The notes under the pieces were generated by a model. It made no database searches. It had not been told where the DNA came from and was given only the letters and a program-made list of their open reading frames with translations. Source: an uncultured Gammaproteobacteria bacterium (GTDB taxonomy: Bacteria; Pseudomonadota; Gammaproteobacteria; SURF-13). Taken from it: 50,734 nucleotides of DNA. The position numbers and the translations under genes were made by a program. The stretch's first letter is position 1. The number at the start of each line of letters is the position of its first letter. Below, piece by piece: positions 24,504 through 34,751 of this stretch. Location of the stretch: contig CAWUTX010000015.1 of NCBI GenBank assembly GCA_963925015.1, positions 1 to 50,734 on the forward strand, written 5' to 3'.

Positions 24504-24636
24504 AAAACGCGCTGAGGGGCGCATCGCGGCGCCGGGAGCGGTCTCAAAATGATCGCTTACCACGTGTAAACTCCACTTTTTCGCCAGCCCCCGTCTTGCG
24601 CTGCATCCCCTGATCGCGTTTTTCAGCGGGCTGTTA
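24501..24636. mobile_element. MITE-like long imperfect palindrome (family C, related to family B)
   Basis: 11-bp perfect IR tgaaaaacgcg (24501-24511)/cgcgtttttca (24615-24625), imperfect arms continue inward; fills the purA-DUF3108 convergent spacer. Confidence 0.6.
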
Positions 24637-25359
24637 TGGGCTGGCGGGCGCGCGCAATCCTTCCACGGTTTTGATCAGCGCGCTGAACTCATCGCTGCCA
24701 TTCTCCTGCTGGTCAAGCCGCACCAGCAGATAATCCAGCTCCGGCGCACACCAGAACGTGGTGCGGCGCTTGCTGTCCGCATCCATGATGCGTTCGATTT
24801 TCAGCGTCTTGAGCGCGCCCAGCGGCGTAGTCAGTGTTTCCTCACCGGCGACACGAAAGCGGTAAATTTTAACCTGATCGTCATCGATCAGCGTATAGGC
24901 AAGTTTGGTCTTTCCCTGCTTGAGGTCAGTCATCAACGCGAGCTGATAGACAAGCTTGTCCAGGGTGCCTGCCGTGATGGGTATCTTGTTCGATCCGTGT
25001 TCGCTGCCGTCACCGTTGACGACGCCGCGCTCCCAGTCAAAAAGTTGATCCAGACGACGCTCCTTTTTGCCGCCGGTTTTCCGGTAACTGTAGTGCAGTG
25101 AGCGTATACGCCCGGCGTGATATTCCCATTCACTGCGTTCGACGATGAGGTCTTTCACAAACAGTGCGGCCAAGCCGCTGCTACGGGTTTCAGTCTCGAA
25201 CACCTGCCGCCCGTTGTCCTGCTGGCTGAGTGTGCGGCGCATCTCGCCCAGCAGGAGGCTGCCCTTGTGCACCGTGTAGGAGGCGTTGAATGCGGGGGGT
25301 GGCGCGGCCCATGCGGGCAGTGCCGCACACAGTGCAAGCAGGGTAATGAAATGGCGCAT
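24634..25359 (-). CDS. DUF3108-type exported protein
   Basis: Signal peptide MRHFITLLALCAALPAWA; GEETLTTPLG...FWCAPELDYLLVR; downstream of purN. Confidence 0.85.
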   Translation of the reverse strand: MRHFITLLALCAALPAWAAPPPAFNASYTVHKGSLLLGEMRRTLSQQDNGRQVFETETRSSGLAALFVKDLIVERSEWEYHAGRIRSLHYSYRKTGGKKERRLDQLFDWERGVVNGDGSEHGSNKIPITAGTLDKLVYQLALMTDLKQGKTKLAYTLIDDDQVKIYRFRVAGEETLTTPLGALKTLKIERIMDADSKRRTTFWCAPELDYLLVRLDQQENGSDEFSALIKTVEGLRAPASP

Positions 25360-25363
25360 AAGG

Positions 25364-26038
25364 CTAACGACCATGTGAGTGCGCAACAAGTTCCGGTGTA
25401 ATTCTTTCATCGTCAAGCAGCGCGTATTCGTTGCCGGGGTTGCCTGCGAGATGCAGACGTCCTTCGGAGAACCAGCGTATGGCTTGTGGATAGATGCGGT
25501 GCTCCGCTTCGAGTACGCGTGCGCCGAGCGAGGCGGCGGTGTCTACTGGCAGCACTGGCACGCGCGCCTCAAGCACTACCGGCCCGCCGTCGAGGGCGTG
25601 CGTGACGAAATGCACACTGGCGCCATGCCCATCCACACCGGCCTCCAGCGCGCGCCGGTGGGTGTCGAGGCCGGTGAAGGCGGGCAGCAGTGATGGATGA
25701 ATGTTGAGCATGCGTCCGTGGTAATGACTGACGAAGCTCGGGCTCAGGATGCGCATGAACCCGGCCAGCACCAGCAGTTCCGGTGTGTGACGGTCGATGA
25801 GGGCCTGCAGTGCGTCATCAAAGCTCTGCCGGTCGGGAAAAGTGGTGTGATCGAGTATCTCTGGAGGGATGCCAGCGTCGCGCGCCAGCGTGAGCCCCGG
25901 CGCATCGGGACGGTTGCTGATGACGGCGCGGATATCAATCGGCAGCGCCTGCCCGGCCACGGCGCTCAGAATGGCGTGCAGATTGCTGCCGCGCCCGGAG
26001 ATGAGAATGACCGTAGGCAGCCTGCGCGGCGCGCTCAC
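25364..26038 (-). CDS. purN: Phosphoribosylglycinamide formyltransferase
   Basis: [24 protein letters not shown]. Confidence 0.98.
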   Translation of the reverse strand: MSAPRRLPTVILISGRGSNLHAILSAVAGQALPIDIRAVISNRPDAPGLTLARDAGIPPEILDHTTFPDRQSFDDALQALIDRHTPELLVLAGFMRILSPSFVSHYHGRMLNIHPSLLPAFTGLDTHRRALEAGVDGHGASVHFVTHALDGGPVVLEARVPVLPVDTAASLGARVLEAEHRIYPQAIRWFSEGRLHLAGNPGNEYALLDDERITPELVAHSHGR

Positions 26039-27111
26039 TTGCCACCGGGCCGGATGACGACATGCGGGGCGGTGTCAGTCGCGCAGGCCTCAATGTGGCC
26101 GATGTGCCACGCGGTCTCGCCGTGCTGCCGCAACAGAGCCAGGCTGCGCGCCACATCTTCAGGCGCGACACACACGATCATGCCGCTGCCGCAATTGAAA
26201 GTGCGGTACATTTCTTCATCCGGGAGCGCGCCGTGCTGTTGCAGCCAATCAAAGATCGCCGGGCGCGGCCAGGCCGTGCTGTCGACAAGCGCGCGCGTGC
26301 CGCTTGGCATCACGCGCGGCAGATTTTCCAGCAGCCCGCCGCCGGTGATGTGCGCGAGCGCGTGCACCGGCACCTGTTCGATCAGCGCGAGCAGCGGTTT
26401 GACATAGATGCGCGTGGGCGCAAGCAGCGTGGTGCCCAGCGTGCCGCCGTCAAACGCCTGGTTGAGATCGGCCTGTGCGACCTCGATGATTTTGCGGATC
26501 AGTGAATAGCCGTTCGAGTGCGGGCCGCTGGAGGCGATGCCGATCAGCGCATCACCTGCGGCTACGCGGCTGCCGTCGATGATGCGCGATTTTTCCACCA
26601 CGCCGACGCAAAATCCGGCGAGATCGTAATCGCCGGCTGAATAGAGGCCGGGCATCTCCGCAGTCTCGCCGCCCACCAGCGCGCAACCGGCCAGCTCGCA
26701 GCCGTGGCCGATGCCTTCAATGACTTTTGCCGCTGTTTCCACATCGAGCCGGCCGGTGGCATAGTAGTCGAGGAAAAACAGCGGCTCCGCGCCTTGCACC
26801 ACGATGTCATTCACGCACATCGCCACGAGGTCGATGCCGATGGTGTTGTGGATGCCGGTTTCGATGGCGAGTTTCAGTTTGGTGCCCACGCCGTCGGTGC
26901 CGGACACCAGCACCGGCTCGCGGTAGCGGCCCACGGGCAGCTCGAACAGCGCGCCGAAGCCGCCCAGCCCGGCGAGTACGCCCGGACGCTGTGTGCGCCG
27001 TGCGATGGGTTTTATTTTCTCCACCAGTCGGCTGCCGGCGTCGATGTCCACACCCGCCGCGCGATAGCTGAGAGGTGAGCTTGATGTAGTTGGGGGGTTC
27101 TTGGATTTCAC
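26035..27111 (-). CDS. purM: AIR synthase
   Basis: [35 protein letters not shown]. Confidence 0.99.
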   Translation of the reverse strand: MKSKNPPTTSSSPLSYRAAGVDIDAGSRLVEKIKPIARRTQRPGVLAGLGGFGALFELPVGRYREPVLVSGTDGVGTKLKLAIETGIHNTIGIDLVAMCVNDIVVQGAEPLFFLDYYATGRLDVETAAKVIEGIGHGCELAGCALVGGETAEMPGLYSAGDYDLAGFCVGVVEKSRIIDGSRVAAGDALIGIASSGPHSNGYSLIRKIIEVAQADLNQAFDGGTLGTTLLAPTRIYVKPLLALIEQVPVHALAHITGGGLLENLPRVMPSGTRALVDSTAWPRPAIFDWLQQHGALPDEEMYRTFNCGSGMIVCVAPEDVARSLALLRQHGETAWHIGHIEACATDTAPHVVIRPGGK

Positions 27112-27157
27112 GGGAGTCAGGGTCGGTGAGCGAGGGTACGGGCGTGGGCTTTGGCTG

Positions 27158-27333
27158 TACTCATATGCCAGTAATTAAGACTGCACCCTCCTACACGTCC
27201 CCGCCCCCTGTTTAGGGGGCGGGACAGAGCTTGCCCCCGGCTCGAACGGGGGGTGGGGGTAGAGTAAACAGGATTTTTGCTCAGGAGTCGCATCATTAAT
27301 GTTGTAGGCTTAATTTTCCGACTCCTGAGCAAA
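27158..27333 (-). repeat. Composite intergenic repeat family A, copy 2 (with 24-bp insert)
   Basis: 15-bp perfect IR 27276-27290/27319-27333; hairpin cccgccccct-gttt-agggggcggg; insert 27228-27251. Confidence 0.9.
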
Positions 27334-27390
27334 TATAAAATACCGTGAAGGCTCGCGTTACGGCGCCAGACTGCTAGAATACTCAAACCT

Positions 27391-27957
27391 ATGATGCGTA
27401 ATCAAGATATTCCCAATCTGATCAGTCTGTTGCGCATGCTGTTGGTGGTGCCGTTGGCGGTCATGCTGTTGCAGCAGCGCTATGCGGAGGCGTTGCTGAT
27501 ATTCATCCTGGCCGGTATCAGCGATGCACTGGACGGTTTTCTCGCCAAGCGCTATGGCTGGAAGAGCCGCTTGGGCTCGATTCTGGATCCGGTGGCGGAC
27601 AAATTATTACTGATGACCTCTTTTCTCGTCCTCGCCTGGCTTGGATTGTTGCCGCTGTGGCTGGCGGCCGTCGTGGTCGGACGCGACCTCATCATCGTAC
27701 TCGGCGCTGTTGCGTACCATTATACCATCCGGCGCTTTGATCTGCTGCCGAGCCGCACCAGCAAGGTCAATACCGTGATGCAGATTACGCTGGTGCTCGC
27801 CGTCATGCTGCACCAGAGCCTGTTGCCGCCGGTGGGGGAGGTGGTGGATGTCCTCATTTACACGGTACTCGTCACCACGCTCGCCAGCGGCGTGAACTAC
27901 ATCTGGACCTGGGGCACGCGCGCTCTGCAATCGACTGCGGATAAAACGGGTGACTGA
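27391..27957 (+). CDS. CDP-alcohol phosphatidyltransferase family protein
   Basis: IPNLISLLR; signature DALDGFLAKR...LGSILDPVADK. Confidence 0.95.
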   Translation: MMRNQDIPNLISLLRMLLVVPLAVMLLQQRYAEALLIFILAGISDALDGFLAKRYGWKSRLGSILDPVADKLLLMTSFLVLAWLGLLPLWLAAVVVGRDLIIVLGAVAYHYTIRRFDLLPSRTSKVNTVMQITLVLAVMLHQSLLPPVGEVVDVLIYTVLVTTLASGVNYIWTWGTRALQSTADKTGD

Positions 27958-29023
27958 TTCGCAACGCTGGTTCACGCTGGCTGTGGTCGCGGGCGCGGGT
28001 GTTCTGCTGTATCTGCTCGCGCCGATCTTCACGCCGTTTCTGGTGGGTGCTTTGCTGGCGTACATGTTCGACCCGCTGGTGACGTGGCTGGCGGCACGGC
28101 GGCTTTCGCGCACGCTGGCCACGACCGTCGTGTTTTCATTGCTGATGCTGCTGATAATTATTCTGCTGGTTATCTTGGTGCCTCTCATCGAGCGCCAGAT
28201 TACTGTGTTGATCGGCAAGCTGCCGGTTTACGTCGCGTGGGTGAAGAGCTCGGCACTGCCGTGGCTGAATGCGCATCACCTGGGCTTGGAGGATGTCGGG
28301 CTGGATACGGGCAGCGTGTACCAGGCGCTCGCCGGGCAGTGGCAGAAGGCGGGCGGCATCGTGGCGAGCGCGCTGGGCTCGGTGTCGCAGTCAGGCATGG
28401 CGTTGCTCGGTTGGCTCATGAACCTGCTGCTGATTCCGCTGGTGACTTTCTACCTGCTGCGCGACTGGGATATCCTGCTGGAGCAGGTTCGCAACCTGCT
28501 GCCGCGCAGGCTGGAGCCCATTGTGGCGCGCCTGGCCACGGAGAGCGATGAGGTGCTGGGCGGATTTCTGCGCGGTCAATTGCTGGTGATGCTGGCGCTC
28601 GCGCTGATCTACTCCGTGGGCCTGTGGTCCATCGGGCTCGATCTCGCGCTGCTGATCGGGGTGATGGCGGGCGTACTCAGCTTTGTGCCTTATCTCGGCG
28701 TCATCACCGGGGTGATTGCGGCAGGCATCGCCGCAGCCGTGCAGTATCAGGATTGGGTGCATCTCGTCCCGGTGCTGATCGTGTTCGGCATCGGCCAGGT
28801 GGCGGAGGGATTTTTCCTCACCCCGCGCCTGATCGGCGCACGTATCGGCCTGCATCCGATTGCCGTCATCTTCGCCATACTCGCGGGCGGTCAGTTGTTC
28901 GGATTTACCGGCGTGCTGCTCGCCCTGCCCGCCGCCGCCGTGCTGGTAGTGTTGCTGCGTTACGCGCACGAGCGCTATGTAAACAGCTATCTGTATGACC
29001 GTACGCCGGATGATTGCTCATAA
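27950..29023 (+). CDS. AI-2E family transporter
   Basis: Multi-TM, FLRGQ, FVPYLG, LTPRLIG..IGLHP; between purM and hda. Confidence 0.93.
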   Translation: MTDSQRWFTLAVVAGAGVLLYLLAPIFTPFLVGALLAYMFDPLVTWLAARRLSRTLATTVVFSLLMLLIIILLVILVPLIERQITVLIGKLPVYVAWVKSSALPWLNAHHLGLEDVGLDTGSVYQALAGQWQKAGGIVASALGSVSQSGMALLGWLMNLLLIPLVTFYLLRDWDILLEQVRNLLPRRLEPIVARLATESDEVLGGFLRGQLLVMLALALIYSVGLWSIGLDLALLIGVMAGVLSFVPYLGVITGVIAAGIAAAVQYQDWVHLVPVLIVFGIGQVAEGFFLTPRLIGARIGLHPIAVIFAILAGGQLFGFTGVLLALPAAAVLVVLLRYAHERYVNSYLYDRTPDDCS

Positions 29024-29164
29024 GTCAGTAAGTAATACTACATCTCGCGCTACGTCCCCGCCCCCTATCGAGGGGGCGGGACAGGGTGGGGGTAGAGTAA
29101 ACAGATTTTTACTCAGGAGTCATATCATGAACGTTGCAACCTTAATTTTATGACTCCTGAGTAA
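29015..29164 (-). repeat. Composite intergenic repeat family A, copy 3
   Basis: 16-bp perfect IR 29109-29124/29149-29164; hairpin cccgccccct-atcg-agggggcggg; starts tgctcataagtca. Confidence 0.9.
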
Positions 29165-29877
29165 TGGCTGCGGCGACACAACTCCCTCTCAACCTCGGCC
29201 TGCGCGACGAAGCGAGCTTTGCCAATTATCTCGCCGGCCCGAACCGCGAGGCCGTGCACGCCGTAGAAGTGCTGGTGCGCGGCGAGCACCGGTTTCTTTA
29301 TCTGTGGGGCGCGGCGGGCAGCGGCAAAACCCATCTGCTGCACGCGGCGTGTCAGGCGGTTTCCGCCGCCGGGGAGCGCTGTGCCTATCTGCCGTTGAAC
29401 GAATTGCGCGCGCTGGGCACGGACGTGCTGGAAGGTCTGGAGCATCTCGCGCTGGTGTGCGTGGACGACGTGCAATCCATCGCCGCCCACCCCGAATGGG
29501 AAACGGAGCTGTTTCATTTGTATAACCGCTTGCGCGAAACCGGCGCCATCCTTCTGGCGGCGGGTGATGCGCCGCCGTCAGCGCTGGGTTTGAGTCTGCC
29601 CGATCTGAGCTCGCGCCTTTCCTGGGGCCTGGTGCTGCAATTGCAGGCATTGAGCGACGCAGAAAAAATCGCCGCGCTGCAGCTGCGCGCACACAATCGC
29701 GGCCTGGAGCTTCCTGCGGAAGTGGGCGGCTATCTGCTGCGCCACTGGCCGCGCGACATGCCGCGTTTGTTTGAACTGTTGCAGCGCATGGACATCCATT
29801 CGCTCACCCGCCAGCGCAAGCTCACGATACCCTTCGTGCGCGAACTGATTGCGCACGAAACGGCACAGGCGGAGTAG
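29164..29877 (+). CDS. hda: DnaA regulatory inactivator Hda
   Basis: Clamp-binding QLPL, Walker A GAAGSGKTHLL, PDLSSRL, RKLTIPFV. Confidence 0.96.
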   Translation: MAAATQLPLNLGLRDEASFANYLAGPNREAVHAVEVLVRGEHRFLYLWGAAGSGKTHLLHAACQAVSAAGERCAYLPLNELRALGTDVLEGLEHLALVCVDDVQSIAAHPEWETELFHLYNRLRETGAILLAAGDAPPSALGLSLPDLSSRLSWGLVLQLQALSDAEKIAALQLRAHNRGLELPAEVGGYLLRHWPRDMPRLFELLQRMDIHSLTRQRKLTIPFVRELIAHETAQAE

Positions 29878-29971
29878 AGCGTGGCGTCGTGGCTGGAACG
29901 GCCGCAAGTCAAAAGGGCGCCCAAGTATTGTTGTCGCCTCGCTTAGCGCCTATGCTATGCAACCTTCACCG

Positions 29972-30064
29972 GGAGAGGTACCGAAGCGGTCATAACGGCG
30001 CCGACTCGAAATCGGATGGGCGGTTCATCCCGCCACGTGGGTTCGAATCCCACCCTCTCCGCCA
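29972..30064 (+). tRNA. tRNA-Ser(CGA)
   Basis: GGAGAGG/CCTCTCC acceptor stem, anticodon loop CT-CGA-AA, long variable arm, GGTTCGAATCC, encoded CCA. Confidence 0.95.
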
Positions 30065-30182
30065 TGTTATGTTTGCGAGGCTCCGGACTCCAAACAAAAG
30101 ATGTTTATCTGCAAAAGAGTTGAGTTCAAAACCCGGCTCTTTTTCTTTCATAATCAGGCCTACCTGCTAAAGAGGTGACAAA

Positions 30183-30335
30183 TTGGCACAACCTAACTTT
30201 CAGTATCTGAAGCGCCAGAAAGATTTGGCAAAAAAGAAAAAGCAGGATGAAAAAAGACAGCGCAAGCTGGAGAAAGGCAAGACGCCGTCTGAGGACAATC
30301 CGGATCAACCCCCGGTGGACGAGGCCACGCCTTAA
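30183..30335 (+). CDS. Small Lys-rich hypothetical protein (50 aa, TTG start)
   Basis: SD GAGGTG; MAQPNFQYLKRQKDLAKKKKQDEKRQRKLEKGKTPSEDNPDQPPVDEATP*; not in ORF track. Confidence 0.75.
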   Translation: MAQPNFQYLKRQKDLAKKKKQDEKRQRKLEKGKTPSEDNPDQPPVDEATP

Positions 30336-30349
30336 GAGTAAAGGCTTGC

Positions 30350-30583
30350 ATGCAACAACTCGAATTTAGATTGGCCGGCGAATTTGTCGAGCTGAATCAA
30401 CTGCTGAAATTGACGGGCGTCTGCGACAGCGGGGGCGCGGGCAAGATGCTGGTTGCGGGAGGCGGTGTGTCGGTGGATGGCAAGGCGGAGTTGCGTAAAA
30501 CCTGCAAAATCCGCGCGGGCCAGGTGGTCAGTGTGGGGGATGTGCGCATCAGCGTGATGGCGGCTGAACCCCCGCCGCGCTGA
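30350..30583 (+). CDS. S4-domain RNA-binding protein (YbcJ/YaaA-like)
   Basis: VELNQLLKLTG..SGGAGK...V.VDG..ELRKTCKIRAG. Confidence 0.9.
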   Translation: MQQLEFRLAGEFVELNQLLKLTGVCDSGGAGKMLVAGGGVSVDGKAELRKTCKIRAGQVVSVGDVRISVMAAEPPPR

Positions 30584-30598
30584 CAAGGAACCTCTGAG

Positions 30599-31156
30599 TC
30601 AGCGAAAAGGAGCCGAAGGGGTTTTTACCGTCGTCAGTTCGACCTCCACGGTGGTGTCCTTGTCGGCGACCCAAATCTGACCCTCCTGAATCCTGCATTG
30701 CAACGGCATGTTGCGCTGTGCCAGCTTGGCCAAGGCTTGGCTGGTGTCCGCCGGCAGGTTCATGACGGTCAGGTTTTTGAGCCGTTCCAGAGTGCTGCTG
30801 TTTTGCGCCCACCAGATGTCGGCGCTGCGGCCGCCATAGGTGTAGATGAAGACTTGTCTGGCACGGCCGCAGGCCTTGCGGATACGCTTTTCGTCGGGCT
30901 GGCCGACGTCTATCCAGGTTTCGATGTTGCCGGTTAAATCCTTTTGCCAGAGGTCGGGCTCGTCGTCGGCACTCAGCCCTTTGCCAAAGACCAGTGCTTC
31001 ATGGGCATGCAGGGCAAAGGCCAATAATCGCACCATCATGCGCTCGTCGGTTTCCGATGCGTGGCGGGCGAGGGTGAGGGGATGGTCGTGGTAATAGTGA
31101 CGATCCATGTCGGCGATTTGCAGCTCGGCTTTGAAGATAGTTGCTTTAAGGACCAT
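30599..31156 (-). CDS. yaeQ: YaeQ family protein
   Basis: LKATIFKAELQIADMDRHYY...SETDERMMVRLLAF...WIDVGQPDE. Confidence 0.95.
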   Translation of the reverse strand: MVLKATIFKAELQIADMDRHYYHDHPLTLARHASETDERMMVRLLAFALHAHEALVFGKGLSADDEPDLWQKDLTGNIETWIDVGQPDEKRIRKACGRARQVFIYTYGGRSADIWWAQNSSTLERLKNLTVMNLPADTSQALAKLAQRNMPLQCRIQEGQIWVADKDTTVEVELTTVKTPSAPFR

Positions 31157-31418
31157 CGTGAATGCACTCGGGAGAGTATTAAGTCAGCGATGCAGTCTAC
31201 ACTCTCATGCCTGACCTCGTCCCGTGCTGGGGGGCGCTAGTCTCAGGAGGCCCTAAAATTGTTGTGGTTTTTTGCCCGGCGGGGGCGTAGAGTACGCACG
31301 TTGCAGTGCACTCCTGTAGTCGGTTCGGTAGTTACTCCAGTTTCTCCGGAAGCCCTCCCGCCACCTTACCTCAGGATCGAACTGCAAAAGATCGCAATTC
31401 AACTAGTGAGGTATTTAC

Positions 31419-31622
31419 GTGATTACAGGAACAGTAAAGTGGTTTAACGACGCCAAGGGTTTTGGTTTCATCACCCCCGACGACGGCAGCAAGGATGTAT
31501 TCGTGCATCACTCTGCGATTCAGGGCGGTGGATTCAAGAGCTTGGCCGAAGGTCAGAAGGTGAAGTTTGACGTAGAGCAGGGCCCGAAGGGTCCGTCGGC
31601 GGCAAACGTTCAGCCCGCCTAA
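31419..31622 (+). CDS. Cold-shock protein (CspA family, GTG start)
   Basis: RNP1 KGFGFI, RNP2 DVFVH; SD GAGGT. Confidence 0.98.
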   Translation: MITGTVKWFNDAKGFGFITPDDGSKDVFVHHSAIQGGGFKSLAEGQKVKFDVEQGPKGPSAANVQPA

Positions 31623-31654
31623 GATTCAAGCACTGCGCAAGCAGGTTTGTGATG

Positions 31655-31686
31655 AAGGCCCCGCCATCCGGTGGGGCCTTTTTTTT
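31655..31686 (+). terminator. Intrinsic terminator after csp
   Basis: aaggccccgcc-atcc-ggtggggcctt followed by T run. Confidence 0.9.
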
Positions 31687-31812
31687 CATGGTGTTACACT
31701 TGTTTTCTCAAGTTCTTTAGAATCACTCGACCCCGCTCCTCATCGGATAATCAAAGCAGGGTCAATGCTTTAAAATGACTCTTTTAGCCGCTCTTTTTTC
31801 TGGAACAGTAGC

Positions 31813-33444
31813 ATGATTTCTACCGCCAACATCACCATGCAGTTTGGGGCCAAGCCGCTGTTCGAGAATATCTCGGTCAAATTCGGCGACGGCAATCGCT
31901 ATGGCCTGATCGGCGCCAACGGTTGCGGCAAGTCGACGCTGATGAAAATTCTCGGCGGCGATCTGGAGCCGACGTCGGGCAACGTCTCGGTCGATGCCAG
32001 GGAGCGCCTCGGCAAGCTGCGGCAGGATCAGTTCGCCTTCGAGGACTACACGGTGCTGGATACCGTGATCATGGGCCACGCCGGACTGTGGCGCGTGAAA
32101 CAGGAGCGCGACCGCATCTATTCGCTGCTGGAAATGAGCGCGGAAGACGGCATGAAGGTGGCCGAGCTGGAGCACGAGTTCGCCGAGCTGGACGGTTATA
32201 CCGCCGAGGCGCGCGCCGGTGAATTGCTGATGGGCGTGGGCATTCCGGTGGAGCAGCATGGTGGCCTGATGAGCGCGGTGGCGCCGGGCTGGAAGCTGCG
32301 CGTGCTGCTGGCGCAGGCCTTGTTCGCCGATCCGGAGATACTGCTGCTGGACGAGCCCACCAACAACCTCGACATCAACACTATCCGCTGGCTGGAAGAC
32401 GTGCTCAACGAGCGCGACAGTACCATCATCATCATTTCACATGACCGTCACTTTCTGAATCGCGTCTGCACCCACATGGCGGACCTCGACTTCGGCGAGT
32501 TGCGCGTCTATCCGGGCAACTACGATGAGTACATGACGGCCTCCTCGCTGGTGCGCGAACAACTGTTGTCCGACAACGCCAAGAAAAAGAACCAGATCGC
32601 CGAGCTACAGACCTTCGTCAGCCGCTTCTCCGCCAATGCCTCCAAGGCCAAGCAGGCCACCTCACGCGCGAAGCAGATCGAGAAGATCAAGCTGGACGAC
32701 GTCAAACCGTCGAGCCGGGTGAGCCCTTTTCTCCGCTTCGAACAGGAGAAAAAACTCTATCGGCTGGCGCTGGAAGCGAAGCGCCTCTACAAGGGCTTTG
32801 GTGATGTGCCGCTGCTGCGTAATTTGAATCTTATGGTCGAGGCCGGCGAGCACATCGCCGTGATTGGGCCCAACGGTATCGGCAAGACCACGCTGCTGCG
32901 CACCCTAGTCGGTGAGTTGACGCCGGACAGCGGCACGGTCAAATGGTCGGAAAATATCAACGTCGGTTATTTTGCGCAGGATCACGCCGCTGATTTTGCC
33001 ACCGACATGAATCTGTTTGACTGGATGAGCCAGTGGAAGAAAGAGCGCGACGATGAGCAGATGATACGCGGCATCCTGGGGCGGCTGTTGTTTTCGCAGG
33101 ATGACATCGCCAAGTCGGTCAAGATCATCTCCGGTGGCGAGCAGGGGCGCATGCTGTTTGGCAAACTGATGCTGCAACAACCCAACGTCCTGATTATGGA
33201 CGAACCCACCAATCACCTGGACATGGAGTCCATCGAGGCGCTCAATACGGCGCTGGAAAAGTATCCCGGCACCCTGATTTTCGTCAGCCACGACCGTGAA
33301 TTCGTCTCGTCGCTGGCCACGCGCATCATCGAGCTGACACCGCAGGGCATCGTCAACTTCAAAGGCAGCTACGACGATTACCTGCACAGCCAGGGCGTGG
33401 AGCTGGAAGCAGGAAAGACCGGAATGGCGGCGCGCGCGAGTTAG
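31813..33444 (+). CDS. ABC-F ATPase, YbiT-like
   Basis: Two ABC domains, no TM; [33 protein letters not shown]. Confidence 0.95.
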   Translation: MISTANITMQFGAKPLFENISVKFGDGNRYGLIGANGCGKSTLMKILGGDLEPTSGNVSVDARERLGKLRQDQFAFEDYTVLDTVIMGHAGLWRVKQERDRIYSLLEMSAEDGMKVAELEHEFAELDGYTAEARAGELLMGVGIPVEQHGGLMSAVAPGWKLRVLLAQALFADPEILLLDEPTNNLDINTIRWLEDVLNERDSTIIIISHDRHFLNRVCTHMADLDFGELRVYPGNYDEYMTASSLVREQLLSDNAKKKNQIAELQTFVSRFSANASKAKQATSRAKQIEKIKLDDVKPSSRVSPFLRFEQEKKLYRLALEAKRLYKGFGDVPLLRNLNLMVEAGEHIAVIGPNGIGKTTLLRTLVGELTPDSGTVKWSENINVGYFAQDHAADFATDMNLFDWMSQWKKERDDEQMIRGILGRLLFSQDDIAKSVKIISGGEQGRMLFGKLMLQQPNVLIMDEPTNHLDMESIEALNTALEKYPGTLIFVSHDREFVSSLATRIIELTPQGIVNFKGSYDDYLHSQGVELEAGKTGMAARAS

Positions 33445-33471
33445 TGATTTTTACATGGTTTGATGATATTT

Positions 33472-33517
33472 CCTCCCTCTCCCTGCGGGGAGAGCGCAGC
33501 CGATCGAGGGTGAGGGC
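33472..33517. repeat. REP-like C-rich/G-rich palindrome (family D)
   Basis: ctctccc-tgcg-gggagag hairpin then agggtgagggc abutting the EamA ATG. Confidence 0.6.
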
Positions 33518-34411
33518 ATGGATGTGCGCCGACACTACAAAATCGCACTCGCCTTCCTGACCCTGTACCTGGTATGGGGTTCCACCTATCTTGCGATACG
33601 CGTCGGCGTGTATGATTTGCCGCCTGCGCTGTTTGCCGGTGTACGCTTCGTGATTTCCGGCTTGCTGCTGGGTGCTTTTGCCAGGGCGAGTGGACAACAG
33701 TTTCCACACGCGCTGCGCGAATGGCGTTTGATCGCCATCATGGGAATACTGCTGCTCGCCGGTGGTAACGGCCTGGTGGTAGTGGGTGAGCAGTGGGTGC
33801 CGTCCAATCAGGCGGCGCTGCTGGTGGCGTCGACGGCCTTGTGGCTCGCGGCATTGGGCACGTTGGGGGCGCAGGGTCAGGCGCTGGGGCGTTACACCGT
33901 GGCGGGTCTGGCGGTGGGATTTTTCGGCGTCGCGCTGCTGTTGCTGTCAAACGGAGAAAAATTTTCATTCAGCCATCTGGGCGGACAATTTATTATTCTG
34001 CTCGCTGCGCTGTTCTGGTCGCTGGGCTCGATCTACGGCAAGCGTCAGCCGCAGAGCACGCCGCCGCTCATGTCCGCCGCCATGCAGATGCTGATGGGCG
34101 GGTTGTTTCTGTGCGGCGTTGGGGTGATGGCTGGCGAGATGGACGCATGGGTCTGGACCGTGCGCGGCTTGGGTGCACTCGCGTATCTCATCGTGTTCGG
34201 CACGTTGGGGTTTGCCGCCTATATCTGGCTGCTGCACAACGTCACGCCGGCGCAGTTGGGCACTTACGCTTACGTCAATCCCGCTGTCGCAGTGTTGCTC
34301 GGCTGGTGGTTGCTGAACGAAACGCTGACCGATATGCAACTTATGGGTATGGGAGTAATCCTGATGGCCGTTATTGCAGTGAGTTTGTCGTCAAGCCCGA
34401 AAAAAATATGA
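33518..34411 (+). CDS. EamA/DMT transporter (YedA-like)
   Basis: YLVWGSTYLAIR, YAYVNPAVAV; about 10 TM. Confidence 0.93.
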   Translation: MDVRRHYKIALAFLTLYLVWGSTYLAIRVGVYDLPPALFAGVRFVISGLLLGAFARASGQQFPHALREWRLIAIMGILLLAGGNGLVVVGEQWVPSNQAALLVASTALWLAALGTLGAQGQALGRYTVAGLAVGFFGVALLLLSNGEKFSFSHLGGQFIILLAALFWSLGSIYGKRQPQSTPPLMSAAMQMLMGGLFLCGVGVMAGEMDAWVWTVRGLGALAYLIVFGTLGFAAYIWLLHNVTPAQLGTYAYVNPAVAVLLGWWLLNETLTDMQLMGMGVILMAVIAVSLSSSPKKI

Positions 34412-34455
34412 TGCGATGTTACATATACCCTAAACTATATCCGAAGGAGATATTT

Positions 34456-34731
34456 ATGAAGAAATCCCTGTTGCCCTGTGCAGTTTTGTTTGCCGTCTGG
34501 GCTACCCCCGTCTTGGCCGCGCCGCCGTTTGAGCAGTTGGATGTTAATAGCGACAAAACTATCAGCCAAAAAGAATCTGAAGGCTGGCGTCCGTTGGTCA
34601 GGGTGTTCGATACGCTGGACAAGAACTGCGACGGCAAGTTGCAAGTGATTGAATACGGCTACATGTTGACCGGGAAAAAAGCGCCGGAGAAGTGTGCGGG
34701 TAAAACCTCCTCGGTAGTGAAGATAAAGTAA
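34456..34731 (+). CDS. Exported small EF-hand protein
   Basis: SD AAGGAG; signal peptide ending VLA; loops DVNSDKTISQKE and DKNCDGKLQVIE. Confidence 0.75.
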   Translation: MKKSLLPCAVLFAVWATPVLAAPPFEQLDVNSDKTISQKESEGWRPLVRVFDTLDKNCDGKLQVIEYGYMLTGKKAPEKCAGKTSSVVKIK

Positions 34732-34751
34732 CGGGGTTCAGCGCAGTCCCC

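Noticed and set aside
31205-31255. cctga...ctcaggag segment as a fifth family A copy
   Set aside because: Arm order is reversed and the other modules are missing
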